From: Negaprion brevirostris
Lineage: Eukaryota
Assembly (NCBI GenBank): GCA_030324005.1
Contig: JARDVH010000097.1
Coordinates: forward strand, 63,478,500-63,542,499
DNA length: 64,000 nt
Direction of reading: 5' to 3'
Position numbers and translations under genes: made by a program
In this document: piece by piece, positions 49,949 to 61,995 of the stretch
Numbering within the stretch: the stretch's first letter is position 1
How the letters are laid out: each line of letters starts with the position of its first letter
The notes under the pieces: model-generated
Told to the model about the DNA's origin: nothing
Databases searched by the model: none
What the model saw: only the letters and a program-made list of their open reading frames with translations

Positions 49949-51777
49949 ATAATATAGAAGACCGCATTGTAACTTATGGAGGATTCAAGAAGAGAACAAA
50001 ATTTGCATCAGAATGAAATAATGTTAATTAATACTTTGGCAGCAAGGATAAATCATTGAAAGTAAGGGTGGCAGTGCAGGAATGGGTGCTGGAATTCTAC
50101 TCAGATCATCATCCATAGGCATTTGCAAAGATCTTTCAATACCATTCTGGTGCAGTGTTAATTTCTATTACAGAGTAGGGTCACTGAAGTTTGTACTGCC
50201 AAGAAAGTCAGCTGTGACTTTGTCTGTCCTTTGGGGTCAGCTGCTCAGAGATGGTGAGAAACGCCAGTTGGTTATGACTGACACTTTCAAGCTGGAAAAC
50301 AGAACCATCAGAGCAAGTGGTAGAATTTGAAAAGGCAGAAATTGCTTCATCTGAAGCAAGCAGGCTCAGAAGCCAATAAACCAAAACCTGCTGCACTGAA
50401 TGACAGAGGAGTGGCTGAACTCTCCAGCGGAGTAATTACAAGAATACTAGATTAGTGTGGCAGGCTAAAAGCCAGAACCAGATCTTTTGAAACACAGGCT
50501 GTTAAGAGTTTTGGATGAAAAGTTCAGGCAAAAAAAAGCCCTTAAAGACTTAGGGAAAAGTTCGTGATCAGCAAAAAGCTTCAATTGAAAGTTTGGGAAG
50601 TTTCAAATCGTGGAGCTATAGCAGTTTCATTTCTCACACTTCCCTTCAGGATTTTCTAAATGCATCAATGCCCATGACTCGCTCCTGTCCTATCCTCCCT
50701 TCCTCTCACTGCCTGTGTTGATGTAAGGCTCGATATTTTTCGTTTAGTGTCCTTAAACATAATTTAATGGTAATTAAATAAAAGAAACTTTAAAAATTAT
50801 TTACCATTAATAAGGTATTAGATTTTTTTCTTTTAAGACAAATCTAGCATGTACAGAATAAAATTGTGTCATCATAAAGAACAAAGAACAAAAACAGCCC
50901 GGGAAACAGGCCCTTCAGCCCAATGAGCCCGCGCTGCCATTTTAACATTACCAGTTCCCCCCTCCACCCATGACCCTTACCTATGCTTATGGCATTCCAC
51001 ATTGAGGGAAAACTAATTTAGGGACAATTTATTACCTCCAATCAGCCTAATAGCACANNNNNNNNNNNNNNNNNNNNNNNNNNNNNNNNNNNNNNNNNNN
51101 NNNNNNNNNNNNNNNNNNNNNNNNNNNNNNNNNNNNNNNNNNNNNNNNNNNNNNNNNACGCGGCCAATGCACCTAACCTAGGGCTAACATGGGCAAAAAA
51201 ACAACACACTCTCAATCTCCTGATGAAGGATATTTTGCATGCAAGTTATAATCGATACTGATCTCGTATGCATCGCATTTAAAGGCTTGTGTTCCGTTAT
51301 ATCATTGACTTGATTTGATAAAGGAGCATTAACTGATTGCTTTTTAATTTTTGTTGCAGAGGTAAGCATGTAAAACAACCGCCCCTAATCGTGTCAACAT
51401 AAAAACAATCTATGCACAGGCTACCCCCACATAAACCAAGCAGTTAGTGCATTCTTGTAACGGGGGAAAAAAATAATGCCCCTGTTTACCAGCACCAGTT
51501 TGTTATACTTAACACAGGAACAGTTCAATTGAGTGAGCAGCCAATTCCGTTTCATCGATTACTTGCTTACAAATGAGTGCATTCACAACGATATGAGCTC
51601 TCACTGTCAACTCGCACCATTATATTAGCCAATAGGGAAATCACTCCTTAATGGCCAATTAGTATGTGACTAGAGACACAGATGCCTAGTCAGCAATGCT
51701 GAGAGAGCCACAATGATTCATTCATCCCTTGTTTGTCACATGTCCTTCTCACCCAATTAAGAGAAAGGCAAAAGACA

Positions 51778-52545
51778 CAGAACAAAGAAAATTCCAGCAC
51801 AGGAACAGGCCCTTCGGCCCTCCAAACCTGCACCGGGCATGCTGCCCGACTTAACTACAACCCTCTACCCTTCTGGGGACCGTATCCTTTTATTCCCATC
51901 TCATTCATGTACTTGTCATGACACCCCCTAAAAGTCAGTACTGTATCTTCTTCCACTACCTCTCCTGGCAACGAGTTCCAGGGACCCACCGTTCTCTGTG
52001 TAAAAAATCTGCCTCATACATCTCTTCTAAACCTTGCCCCTCGCACCTTAAACCAATACCCCCTAGTAATTGACTCTTCCACCCTGGGAAAAAGCTTCTG
52101 ACTATCCACTTTGTCCATGCCCCCTCACCCTCCGTCACTCCAATGGGAACAAACCAAGTTTCTCCAACCTCTCCTCATAGCTATTGCCCTCCATACCAGG
52201 CAACATCCTGGTAATTCTTTTCTGTACCCTCTCCAAAGCTTCCACATCCTTCTGGTAGTGTGGCAACCAGAATTGAACACTATATCCCAAGTGCGGCCTA
52301 ACTAAGGTTCCATAATGTTGCAACATGACTTGCCAATTTTTAAACTCAATACCCCAGCCGATGAAGGCAAGCATGCCATATGCCTTCTTGACTATCTTCT
52401 CCACCTGCATTGTCACTTTCAGTGACCTGTGTACCTGTACACCCAGGTCCCTTTGCCTACCAATACTCCTAACGGTTCTGCCATTGACTGTATATTTCCT
52501 ATCTGTATAAGACCTTCCAAAATGCATTACCTCACATTTGTCCAT
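51778..52545 (-). mobile_element. CR1 LINE 3' ~770 bp
   Basis: ORF 52135-52545: KCEVMHFG...RDLGVQV...LVRPHL.YSVQFW.PHYQKDVEALERVQ; same subfamily as 43918-44340. Confidence 0.95.
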
Positions 52546-52670
52546 TTTGAATAAGTAAGTTATGTAAGGTGTGAAAAAAATGCAGTGAAGGCAGCTGTGA
52601 GAGTCGATGGGTTTATTGTGAATATTGGTGGCTAACCTAACTCAGAAATGGAGACCGTGAAATCAAGACA

Positions 52671-53408
52671 GGAAAGATTTCCTGATAAAAAAATTCCAAG
52701 TCTCCAATTTGCGGGAAAATGGGAGTAACTCCCAATGATTTGTTTAATATGATTTCCAGAGCAATTTTCTGATACTCTGTGCATCACAGAGTACCTCAGC
52801 GGGATTCACTCTGAAGTTTAGTGGGTGGGGTCTATTCCTGTCCGAGAGGCCAGTAACACAGTGCTGAGTGGGCCACTGCGCATGTGCTGTCTGTCAGCAC
52901 CAAGATCCGCTTTGTTGGCCTCCTGATCATTGGCATTCCCCACAACCCTCATCATTGGCTTTGCAAAGCCCCCCCACTCCCCCACCGCTGGCCTCCCTGA
53001 CCTCCCCAGGCAAGCCCCGATGGCCCTCCCACCTGACCCAAACTGTCCAAAACAGCCCCAATTGTTGTCCTCCCTTCCTCTGCTATAGAGTGACAGTGGG
53101 ATCTTCACACCCACCAATTGCCCTCCCATAATAGGCCCAGTCCTGTCTGCCACTGCCCAATGCCTGGTGGGCGGTGTCAGAGGGCCAGGCTGGCACTGCC
53201 CAAATGGCACCCCCCTTTATCGCCAACGTCCTTGAAAAGCCTCAATAGGCTCTGTTCCCTCCACCAGAGTCAGCAGCTGTTCCCCATTAGTGGAGATGCT
53301 AGCGGACCTGGTCAGCTCCTCTGCTCAAGCACATAGCAGGCTGNNNNNNNNNNNNNNNNNNNNNNNNNNTCCTCTGCTCAAGCACATAGCAGGCTGGGAG
53401 AATGCCCC
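52671..53408. mobile_element. GC-rich non-autonomous DNA element, inverted relative to the 443 and 21210 copies
   Basis: Left end is the reverse complement of their right ends; right end gggagaatgcccc; ggcactgcc at 53192. Confidence 0.6.
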
Positions 53409-53745
53409 TTATATGAAGGTAAGAGGAGGATAAAAATTGAAAGCAAAGTCGATTATATTTTCCAGTTCAGGATGAGAGCAGGAAATTACACCAGTTCTGT
53501 CAGCAAGGGAGGGGGCCTGGGCTGGACTGGAACAAAGTTCTACATGTTCCACAAAAAGGCAGTCATAATTAGCATGCATGAGGCTGCCACAGCAACAACT
53601 TTTATTAGAAGGGCGTGAGTGGAGTTGAAGAAGTTGTTCAACGTGAGAGCCAGGCAGATAGTGGTGGATAAGGACTGATTGGCCCTCCATTCAAAGATGA
53701 AACTGAGAGTCCTGGTGAAGGATGGAAGGGTAGAGCACTGGTTCC
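53409..53745 (-). mobile_element. PLE reverse transcriptase fragment
   Basis: Frameshifted LYPSILHQD / LTLNNFFNSTHALLIKVVA / ANYDCLFVEHVE, matching PLE RT motifs (LYTSIPH, QxxGVAMG, PSYACLF). Confidence 0.7.
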
Positions 53746-54197
53746 CAACCAGTGTGGCACTGCTGTGCCATGAAGACCTTAAAGTGTGCTGTGAAAACAG
53801 ATTCAAAATTATTCAAAATGCATGTAATTAAACTAAAACTAACCTTCGTCTTTAGCTCTGTGGTTGGCATTTCCAAGATCCAACGAACTTTGGGCTTCTC
53901 ATGCATGCACTGGCTGGGAAAGGGCCACATGTGCATGGTTTAGATCTTTTATGTTGGCCAGACTCACCTGCATGACCAATGGGACTTGGAACTGAAGACA
54001 AAGGCCCCATGCTCCTACACAAAAAGGGTGCAAAACTCTGAGAGAAATGAGAGAGACAGGGTGGGGTGAAAAAAAATAGGTGGGAGGACAGGGAGAAGTT
54101 CAAAAAATGAAGAAAATAGGAAATGTCCCTCAATTTTTTTTTGATATTATGGAGGTGCGCCATGACATATAAAAGATTAGGAATGACTGCGGAAGAG

Positions 54198-54830
54198 GAT
54201 TGATTTGATTTGATTTATTATTGTCACATGTATTAACATACAGTGAAAAATATTGTTTCTTGCATGCTATACAGACAAAGNNNNNNNNNNNNNNNNNNNN
54301 NNNNNNNNNNNNNNNNNNNNNNNNNNNNNNNNNNNNNNNNNNNNNNNNNNNNNNNNNNNNNNNNNNNNNNNNNNNNNNNNNNNNNNNNNNNNNNNNNNNN
54401 NNNNNNNNNNNNNNNNNNNNNNNNNNNNNNNNNNNNNNNNNNNNNNNNNNNNNNNNNNNNNNNNNNNNNNNNNNNNNNNNNNNNNNNNNNNNNNNNNNNN
54501 NNNNNNNNNNNNNNNNNNNNNNNNNNNNNNNNNNNNNNNNNNNNNNNNNNNNNNNNNNCCAATAACCACTTGAAAATTCCTAAAGTGTCAGACTCCACTA
54601 TCACAACAGGCAGCGCATTCCACACCCCAACCACTCTCTGAGTAAAGACTTTTGTATCTTTTTCCTGAAGGAAGAAGGTGGAAGAGAGAATGTCCAGGGT
54701 GCGTGGAGTCCTCAATGATGCTGACTGCTTTGCTGAGGCAGTGGGAAGTGTAGACAGAGTCAATGGATGGGAGGCTGATTTGCGTGAGCAACATTCACGA
54801 CCTTCTGTAGTTCCTTGTGGTCTTCAGCAA
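54198..54830 (-). mobile_element. Rex1/Babar-like LINE 3' end with a nested CR1 piece (54560-54645) and an N-gap
   Basis: LPSIDSVYTSHCLSKAVSIIEDSTHPGHSLFHLLPSGKRYKS; (gattt)n tail. Confidence 0.75.
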
Positions 54831-55387
54831 TGATGGAAAAAATAAATAAATCATAGATTGTGGCAACCCAATGCTTCTGGAAGCCCATATCAGCCTCTGA
54901 ATTCTCAGCAAATGTGGTTGCGTTCTAAGTATTTTGGTTGAATCTTTGCTGAAGATTGTGTCAGCAATCACACGTGGAATGTTTTAGTATTGTAGTAGTT
55001 TGTCGAGGCTTGAACCATATTGCAACCTAAGGTGGGGAATAAATAAATATTAACAAAACCCTCAGGAGAATATTATAAAAATTCATTACTTGGACTTTAC
55101 ATTAATTAAATGAAGAGTTAAAGCTCATCCACATGTCACAATTTTCAAAAGGTATGGGAAGTGGAATAATTAATGCTTCAGGGAGCAATTTTCATAATTT
55201 GTATGGTACAATTTTTTAAGATGGGGCATTATGGTGAAAATCAATTACAGTTATGGATAATCCTTGAGGATTTCAGAGCCTAAGAGAAGATCTGTAAGTG
55301 AATCCATTGTCAGAATACAGAAGAAGAGAGTGCTGCTGGAAATGTACAACCTGTTCATTCACATCTCAAAATGAGATAAAGATTAAC

Positions 55388-55742
55388 TTTTTTTAAAGTT
55401 AATTCATGGGACATAGCGCCACTGGCTGACCAGCATTTTTGACCATCCCTCACCGCTCGCTGGCAGTTAAGAGTCAACCACATTGCTGTGGCTCTGAAGT
55501 CTCATGTAAGCCAGACCAGGTAAGGCCGGCAGATTTTCTCCTGTGAAGTACATTAGTGAACCAGATGAGTTTTTCCGACAATAGTTTCATGGCTATCATT
55601 AGATTCTTAATTCCATATTTCTTTTTAAATTATTGAATTCAGACTCCACTATCCGCCATGGTGGTATTCAAACCCAGGTCCCCAGAACATTTGCTGAATG
55701 TCAAGATTAATAGTCTAGCAATAGCACCACTAAGCCATCATA
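55388..55742 (-). mobile_element. SINE (29905 family), near full length
   Basis: Reverse complement similarity, including a tRNA-like head at 55660-55742. Confidence 0.75.
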
Positions 55743-56760
55743 TCCCTTGTATCAATTAGGATTCAGGTGAGGGATCTCATGTAAGATTTTAAACTTCTTT
55801 GCAGGTGCTGATTGGCTTCATTTGCAAGTGTATTACTTTCTGACAGAGATACCATATGTTCCCAAAGAGTGATCAATCTCGCGGTAAAGTGGAACTCCAA
55901 CTTTTGCCCAAAAAATTCCATCATTTTTCATATTCCTCATGTAAAAGTTCACCCCTGACTTTCTACAGGCACTCTGCTCTGACTCAGTTCACTGCCCTGC
56001 TCTTTGTGTTCAGGTTAACACAGCAAAAACCAGAATTTGAAGCAGGAGTTTTCTGATTGTTCAGTATCGGTGCTTGATCACAAACTGCAATTTTCCCCTG
56101 AGATATCTGGAAACTTTGGTAATTTCCAGTTGGAATGATGGGAGCAAGATTTAGAGCAAACTGCAGAGTCTGTATGCAGAGTGCGTGAGGACCACCAACA
56201 TATTAAACCTTACCAGAAATGGAACTAAGCTTACTGAACTGTCATGAACAGTCTGATGGCCACATAGAGAAATAAAAGGGAATTCTTAAAAACTTACCTT
56301 TTTATGCATCCTTTTTGCTCCATCCACTTCATTGCAAGCCCCAAGTGTCTGAAGTTGAGGGTCTGAAAACCCAGTTCTGTGCTGACCTTGTGAGCCGCAA
56401 GTGTTGCAAGTTGTGAATGTAAACCACTTAGAAACATACCTGCATAAAACTCAGCCCTTGACCTTTTGTCTCAAAAGGGTCTCAGAACTTTTACCTNNNN
56501 NNNNNNNNNNNNNNNNNNNNNNNNNNNNNNNNNNNNNNNNNNNNNNNNNNNNNNNNNNNNNNNNNNNNNNNNNNNNNNNNNNNNNNNNNNNNNNNNNNNN
56601 NNNNNNNNNNNNNNNNNNNNNNNNNNNNNNNNNNNNNNNNNNNNNNNNNNNNNNNNNNNNNNNNNNNNNNNNNNNNNNNNNNNNNNNNNNNNNNNNNNNN
56701 NNNNNNNNNNNNNNNNNNNNNNNNNNNNNNNNNNNNNNNNNNNNNNNNNNNNNNNNNNNN

Positions 56761-56897
56761 AACTGTCTGTGCTTTATATGCTCTGTCTGAGGCCAGAACT
56801 CTCCATTCACCTGACAAAGGGACTAACCCCGAAAGCTAGTGAGTCTACTATCAAATAAATCGGTGTGACTTAAACCTGGTATTGTCAGACTTTTTAC
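56761..56897 (+). mobile_element. PLE terminal repeat with hammerhead relic
   Basis: Homologous to 17020-17150. Confidence 0.75.
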
Positions 56898-57364
56898 CAT
56901 CTTTGGAGCACCCAGAGGAAATCACGCACACACGAGAAGTATGTGCAGACACCAGAAGAACATTTAAAATTTTCATGATTTGCAGTTTGTTCTTTTCATC
57001 TTTGTCTGAACATAGTGTTGTATTTTCATACCCACAAAAAGCCAGGAATGGGTGCAGAATCATAAAACTTGTAATCACTGGACTGTAATTTTGAATTTCC
57101 CCCTCACAAAGAACAGCACACAAACTTCTCACAGACGGGAACAAGTTTGTTTTGAGCTTTGGGGTCAGAACCCTGTATGCACATCCTATGACATTGGGGT
57201 TGCCATTATATGTGTAAGGGTATTAGCGAGGTAAATATGTGGGGCCAGATACTCCATCAAAGAGTAGGTGGAGACTTGATAGGCTGAATGGTCTCCTATA
57301 TTGTAGGGATTTTGTGATATGGACCGAGAGGAATTTAAATTTTTCTGATGTCATTCAGGGAATA

Positions 57365-57964
57365 TACATGGCCCTCCACAGTTCTGAGCTTACGTATGTT
57401 TGCAGTGTCGCCCCAGTCTTCTTCAGCTCTTGGAAGTTCTGCATCCTCTTCTGGAAAGATAAGAGGGAAAGGGCAATATGGTGGCATCTAAAGGCATGGA
57501 GATTGGAGAATCCTCCGAGAGGTCTTCACAATCATCTCCTCATTGGGATTTGAGAATATTCATAGTGTTAGATGGGACATTGGCCTGGGCAGGTACCCCT
57601 GAAACTCTGTTCATGCGACCACCCAAAGTCTGACATATTGCACGCAGCAATGCCTGTCTGTATGTCAAGCATCTCACTCACTTTACTGGAGCACAGAAGG
57701 TTACAGAAGTGCATTTGACACAGTATCCAGGTTCACTGATGGTCATCTGCTGAGCTAACCTGCAATACGCAACCAGGCTGCTTTAGTTGTGGCTGGAGGG
57801 AACTTGTGTCCAGCAAGGAAGAGGGTGTCCTTCCAAGCATATAGTTTGTTCAAAAGGATGTCAAGGTTGTGATCTGTAAATTGGGACACTGTGGCCTCCC
57901 TGAATTTTTGGCTGCTTCCATGATCCACTATTCTGGAATAAGGGTAGCGGACTAGAAGAGTCAA
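57365..57964 (-). pseudogene. Relic of a PIF/Harbinger Myb/SANT-like accessory gene with a phase-0 intron
   Basis: SQFTDHNLDILLNKL....DTLF.......TTKAAWLRIA-(frameshift)-VSSADDHQ*TWILCQMHFCNLLCSSK|gtgagt (57681); acceptor ccctttccctcttatctttccag (57451), then KRMQNFQELKKTG. Confidence 0.7.
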
Positions 57965-59079
57965 AATTTATGGTGCTCATGGTTTTTTCTATCATTAACT
58001 TTATATGATGGAATGCTATTGAAGGAATGGTGTTGCTCTTTGTGGCGTAGAAGAGCGGGGTTTGCCTTGCACAGGGTTGGTGGCCTCAGCATTGTATGAC
58101 AAGCAACGTCAGTGCAGAGGGGGCCTGAGGTCTTTGAGGAGCATTCCCTTGCATGCATCTGGGTGATTTCTCAGTGAGCTGCCTCCTCTGGGTTGAAGGC
58201 ACTCAGATGGAAGTTGGGAGTGTCAAAAGCGTTTGAATTCTGAGTGAGGGGTGCAGCAGGTGAGCCATGTCATTTGCAGAGCTGTGTGAGATGCTGCACC
58301 ATTCTGTATGAAAATTCACTGACCTCCAGCACTGAGCAGCAAAGGATTGTTGCAACAGAAGGCACAGTAATACGATTTGGGCTGGATCGCAAAGTGATCC
58401 CAGCCTCTTTTGTCTTTCTCTTGTGCAGTGAATCCATTGGGAGACCCACTTGGGTCAGGAGGGAAAGTGTTTTTGAAGCATGTGTTTCTTCCTTCCCCTA
58501 CAGCAAACAGCTTCCCCACTACCAGGGTCAGCGAGATGGGTGCATAGCTGGGGGACCTTCTTCAATGAAATCCACGTGCTGGGAAGGCTTTGATCAGTTA
58601 TACTGAAGATTTCCACTTGAAGCCATTGAGAGACTACAGTTCAAAGCATTTCTTCTCTCAAAGAGCTTTCACTGACTGGCAGGTGATTGCAGCTTCTTTG
58701 AAAACATTTCACATATCCAGCACGCAACTGACCATCAGCTGCATTTCTCTCCAGCCAGCCTTGACCATGCCATGGGAACAGCTTTCGACTTCCAGCTGTG
58801 CCAAGGGACAAAAGCCAACAGCTCCGGCAGCAACTGAAGCAACCACAGCCTTCTCAGCCTATGCCCTTACCCAGGACAGAGGGGATCTGTGTCCTGCTAA
58901 GATCTAATTGGAAGGAGCCAAGACCCCACAACACAGAGGGTCAGCTTTCTCAACATGCATGAACATCAGTGACATAGGAGGCTCTGGGTCTCCTGGCAAA
59001 GTCACTGATGACTTCCTTTCCAGTGGAACAGATGGGCCCATGTCCTCTGTGTCCAACATGCCACTAGAAGTACAGTCAC

Positions 59080-59450
59080 TCACTCAATCATTCACTCTCC
59101 TCCTGGGTCTCGGCCTCTCCCCAAGTTTATTGTGTGGTCCAAGGAGAGAAAATAAAGATTTATGAATGTTAAAAGTGGCCTGTGTTGAGGGGAGGGGAGG
59201 ACATCTTGGAGGGGTTTCAGTAAGAGGCTGAGTGAAGTGCGAGTGTTCAGATGGAGCTGTGAGGTGAGAAGAATGGACGTATAAATGTGTTCTCCTGGGG
59301 AGTGCGGTGCAGGAGGATGCTGAGGAAGCCAGGGTGCAGGGTTTGACATTCACCTTTCCCACTCTCCTGAAGTTTTGGATTCTTGGGTGCCCTGTCTCCA
59401 GGTTGGAGGGGCCACAACTCTGTTGCCAACTTAGCTACTTCCACACACGT
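59080..59450 (-). pseudogene. Second, more decayed Myb/SANT-like relic
   Basis: VEVA-(frameshift)-VGNRVVAPPTWRQ-(frameshift)-RIQNFRRVGK|gtgaat (59353); pyrimidine tract at ~59141-59160, then PHNKLGER. Confidence 0.45.
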
Positions 59451-59891
59451 CTTTTTAAAAAAGATTTACTCCATTTTTAAATAACAAAATGTTCAGAATG
59501 GACTGGGCTGTTCCAAATCCATCTCCTTGCTTGCTCCGAAAACCAATTCAAATTGAATCCAATTCAAGGTCCCCACAAGAGACACAAATGAAAAGAAAAG
59601 GCATTGACTCTTTCTTGTACTTGATCTGACATGCAATCCTCACCCAAAGACTGACAGATTATCATGGTTTCTTCAAGAGGTTTACTGCTTCCTCCCACCC
59701 TTAGGTGGACTCACCTCATTACAGATCCCACAGCAAGACCTTCAGGTAAGAATGTGAAACCCAAGGAGCAGCTTTCCCAGGTCTCCTCTCCATTCCTGGA
59801 GTTCCTGTAGCCTCAAAGATCCAAATGCTGTAAACCTTTGTAGACCATTTTTACTCTGGGAAAGAACAATGGCAGGATGCACCATTTAGTT

Positions 59892-60212
59892 GTGGCACGA
59901 TGGTAAGCACTGCTGCTTCACAGCACCAGGGACCTGAGTTCAATTCTGGTCTGTGTGGCATTTGCATGTTCTCCCCAAGTCTGCATGGGTTTCCTCTGGG
60001 TACTCCAGTTTCCTCCCACTGTGCAAGTTGGGTGGATTGGCCATGCTACATTGTCCCTTATCATTTCAAGATGTGGAGGTTAGGGGGATTAGCGGGGTAA
60101 ATACATATGGTTACAGGGATAGGGCCTATTTGGGATGCCCTGTCAGCATTGGTGCGGACTTGATAAACCAAACTACCTCATTCTGCACTGTATGGATTCT
60201 TTTCCATCTATG
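59892..60212 (+). mobile_element. HE1-like SINE
   Basis: A/B boxes, core and tail; 3'-only copies also at 57210-57320 and 62755-62861. Confidence 0.8.
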
Positions 60213-61995
60213 AAAGACTAGGTGGAGAAGAATTCACCTAATGTTTTGACTGCTTGAAGATTTGATGAAGAATGCTCTAAGGAATATGGTTAGAACTTGT
60301 CGGGTCAGAACTTATTATTCTGAGAAGAAAATAGGCCACTGCAACAAAAGTAAGTAAGAATGGGATCTGGTTATTGTGAGCATTCATTATTGTGAAACTT
60401 TCTATAATTATTGACTGAAGTGTTTTGAATTGTCGAATGAAATCAATATGATAGATTAATAAAAAAAAGCAGTCATAATCAAAGTGTTTACCACCTAAGG
60501 GCAACTAGAAATGAGCAGTAAATGTGACCTTTTGTCAAACAACAAAACAAATCCATGAATGTGAAATACTCCCTTGAGTATAGTTTCTTTTCTCGGTCAA
60601 AGTTATTTCAGATAACTTCAGAAGGTTAATGATTTTCGTCAAGGTGAAAAAAGTCGTACAATGTTCTGTGTGATCTCCTGGGTTGATTACCTGAGTGGAT
60701 TCAAGAGGAATTTTCCTAAGTATTTCTTCCCTTTAGGTCCTGAATGTTTTTGACAGTCAATGGGTGATAGAGTGCTCAATGCTGTAAGACTGTTATCCCT
60801 CGCCTCAATGCCGTCACATAGAGAAATTGATGCTTTTAAAATGTGTTTTATTGTCTATTAATTATAGCAGTAATAAAAATACAACGCAGCATAAACAATT
60901 CATCACAACTGCACAATTTTGGCCAATATTAGAAATAGTGAAGTCTATAATGAGAAATCCAGTTTTATCTCTGTTCCATGAAAGAACTTTATTTAATTTT
61001 CTCATTTACCATCTGCTTTATTTTAATGGAAATTTGTATCATATCCAGCATCTCTTGTTCTTGGGGAGGCCGCACAGAAATTGGCCCCTTTGAGCTACTG
61101 CTTACGGACAGCCAGAAACAAGGACACGCACATTTAAACAAATTGACCCTGCACTACAAAAAGATTGAGAGGTTACATTGGTTATATTGCAGACTGTCTT
61201 CAGAGGCTGCATTTAATGTTCCTGTACCAGGGGTCATGTTAAATCCAATGTGTGGCCTGTCCACCACATATCTCCTGCCTCTTCCACCACCACAGTTTTA
61301 CCAGTGGTAGACGAGGTGTTGATGCTGCCATTCTGTGGGAAAATTGCGTCCCTCAGTTGACTGATTAAACTGGCAATGGAAGAGGCCCACAGCAAGCAAC
61401 TAGCCCAGCAGGTTTCCCTGTGTAGGCTGGTAATAGACAGGGAAGGGGAGATGGCTTCTTAACTAGCTCTGAGGGCCCATCGGAGGGCCTACCATTGGCC
61501 TTACTCCTCCCCAGGTTTCCCCTCCATCTCCCACCCCCTATTGGCCTGTCCAAAACAAGCCCCCACCCCCCCACCAAACCCCACCCCCAAATACTTATAA
61601 AGTTCAAATCCAATGCCTCCTCAAACCCTGCCTACCACTCCAGCAGTGGCAGCCACGGTGCTGCCGGCACTTGAGAACTGCCAGCAGCCCTACCATTTTA
61701 GCTGGTCTAAGTGTCTGAGCAGGAATCATGATGTCTCATATAATTCAGCCCCCGGTTCTACAATCTAGATTGATCCTACTTCCAAGTCTGAATCCACAGA
61801 ATACATTTAGACATGGTGCTTGGTACTGACATTGCATTTTGCTTTGCTTCAGACCTTGATTCTCTTGGGACATAATTGAGAACAAAAACCAGGTTAAAAA
61901 TACAGCATGTAATAAGAAGAGAAAATGCTCAAAATGCACACCAATATAGGTTAGCAGCTGAAAAGAGAAAAAAATGGGATAACGTTTCAACATTT

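Noticed and set aside
53317-53396. 27-bp direct repeat tcctctgctcaagcacatagcaggctg
   Set aside because: The identical copies flank a short N-gap; typical contig-overlap artefact.
54221-56858. ORFs made largely of X residues
   Set aside because: Artefacts of translating N-gaps.
57990-58600. Harbinger DDE transposase
   Set aside because: I looked for IDGTH and GDxGY-type motifs and did not find them; left unassigned.
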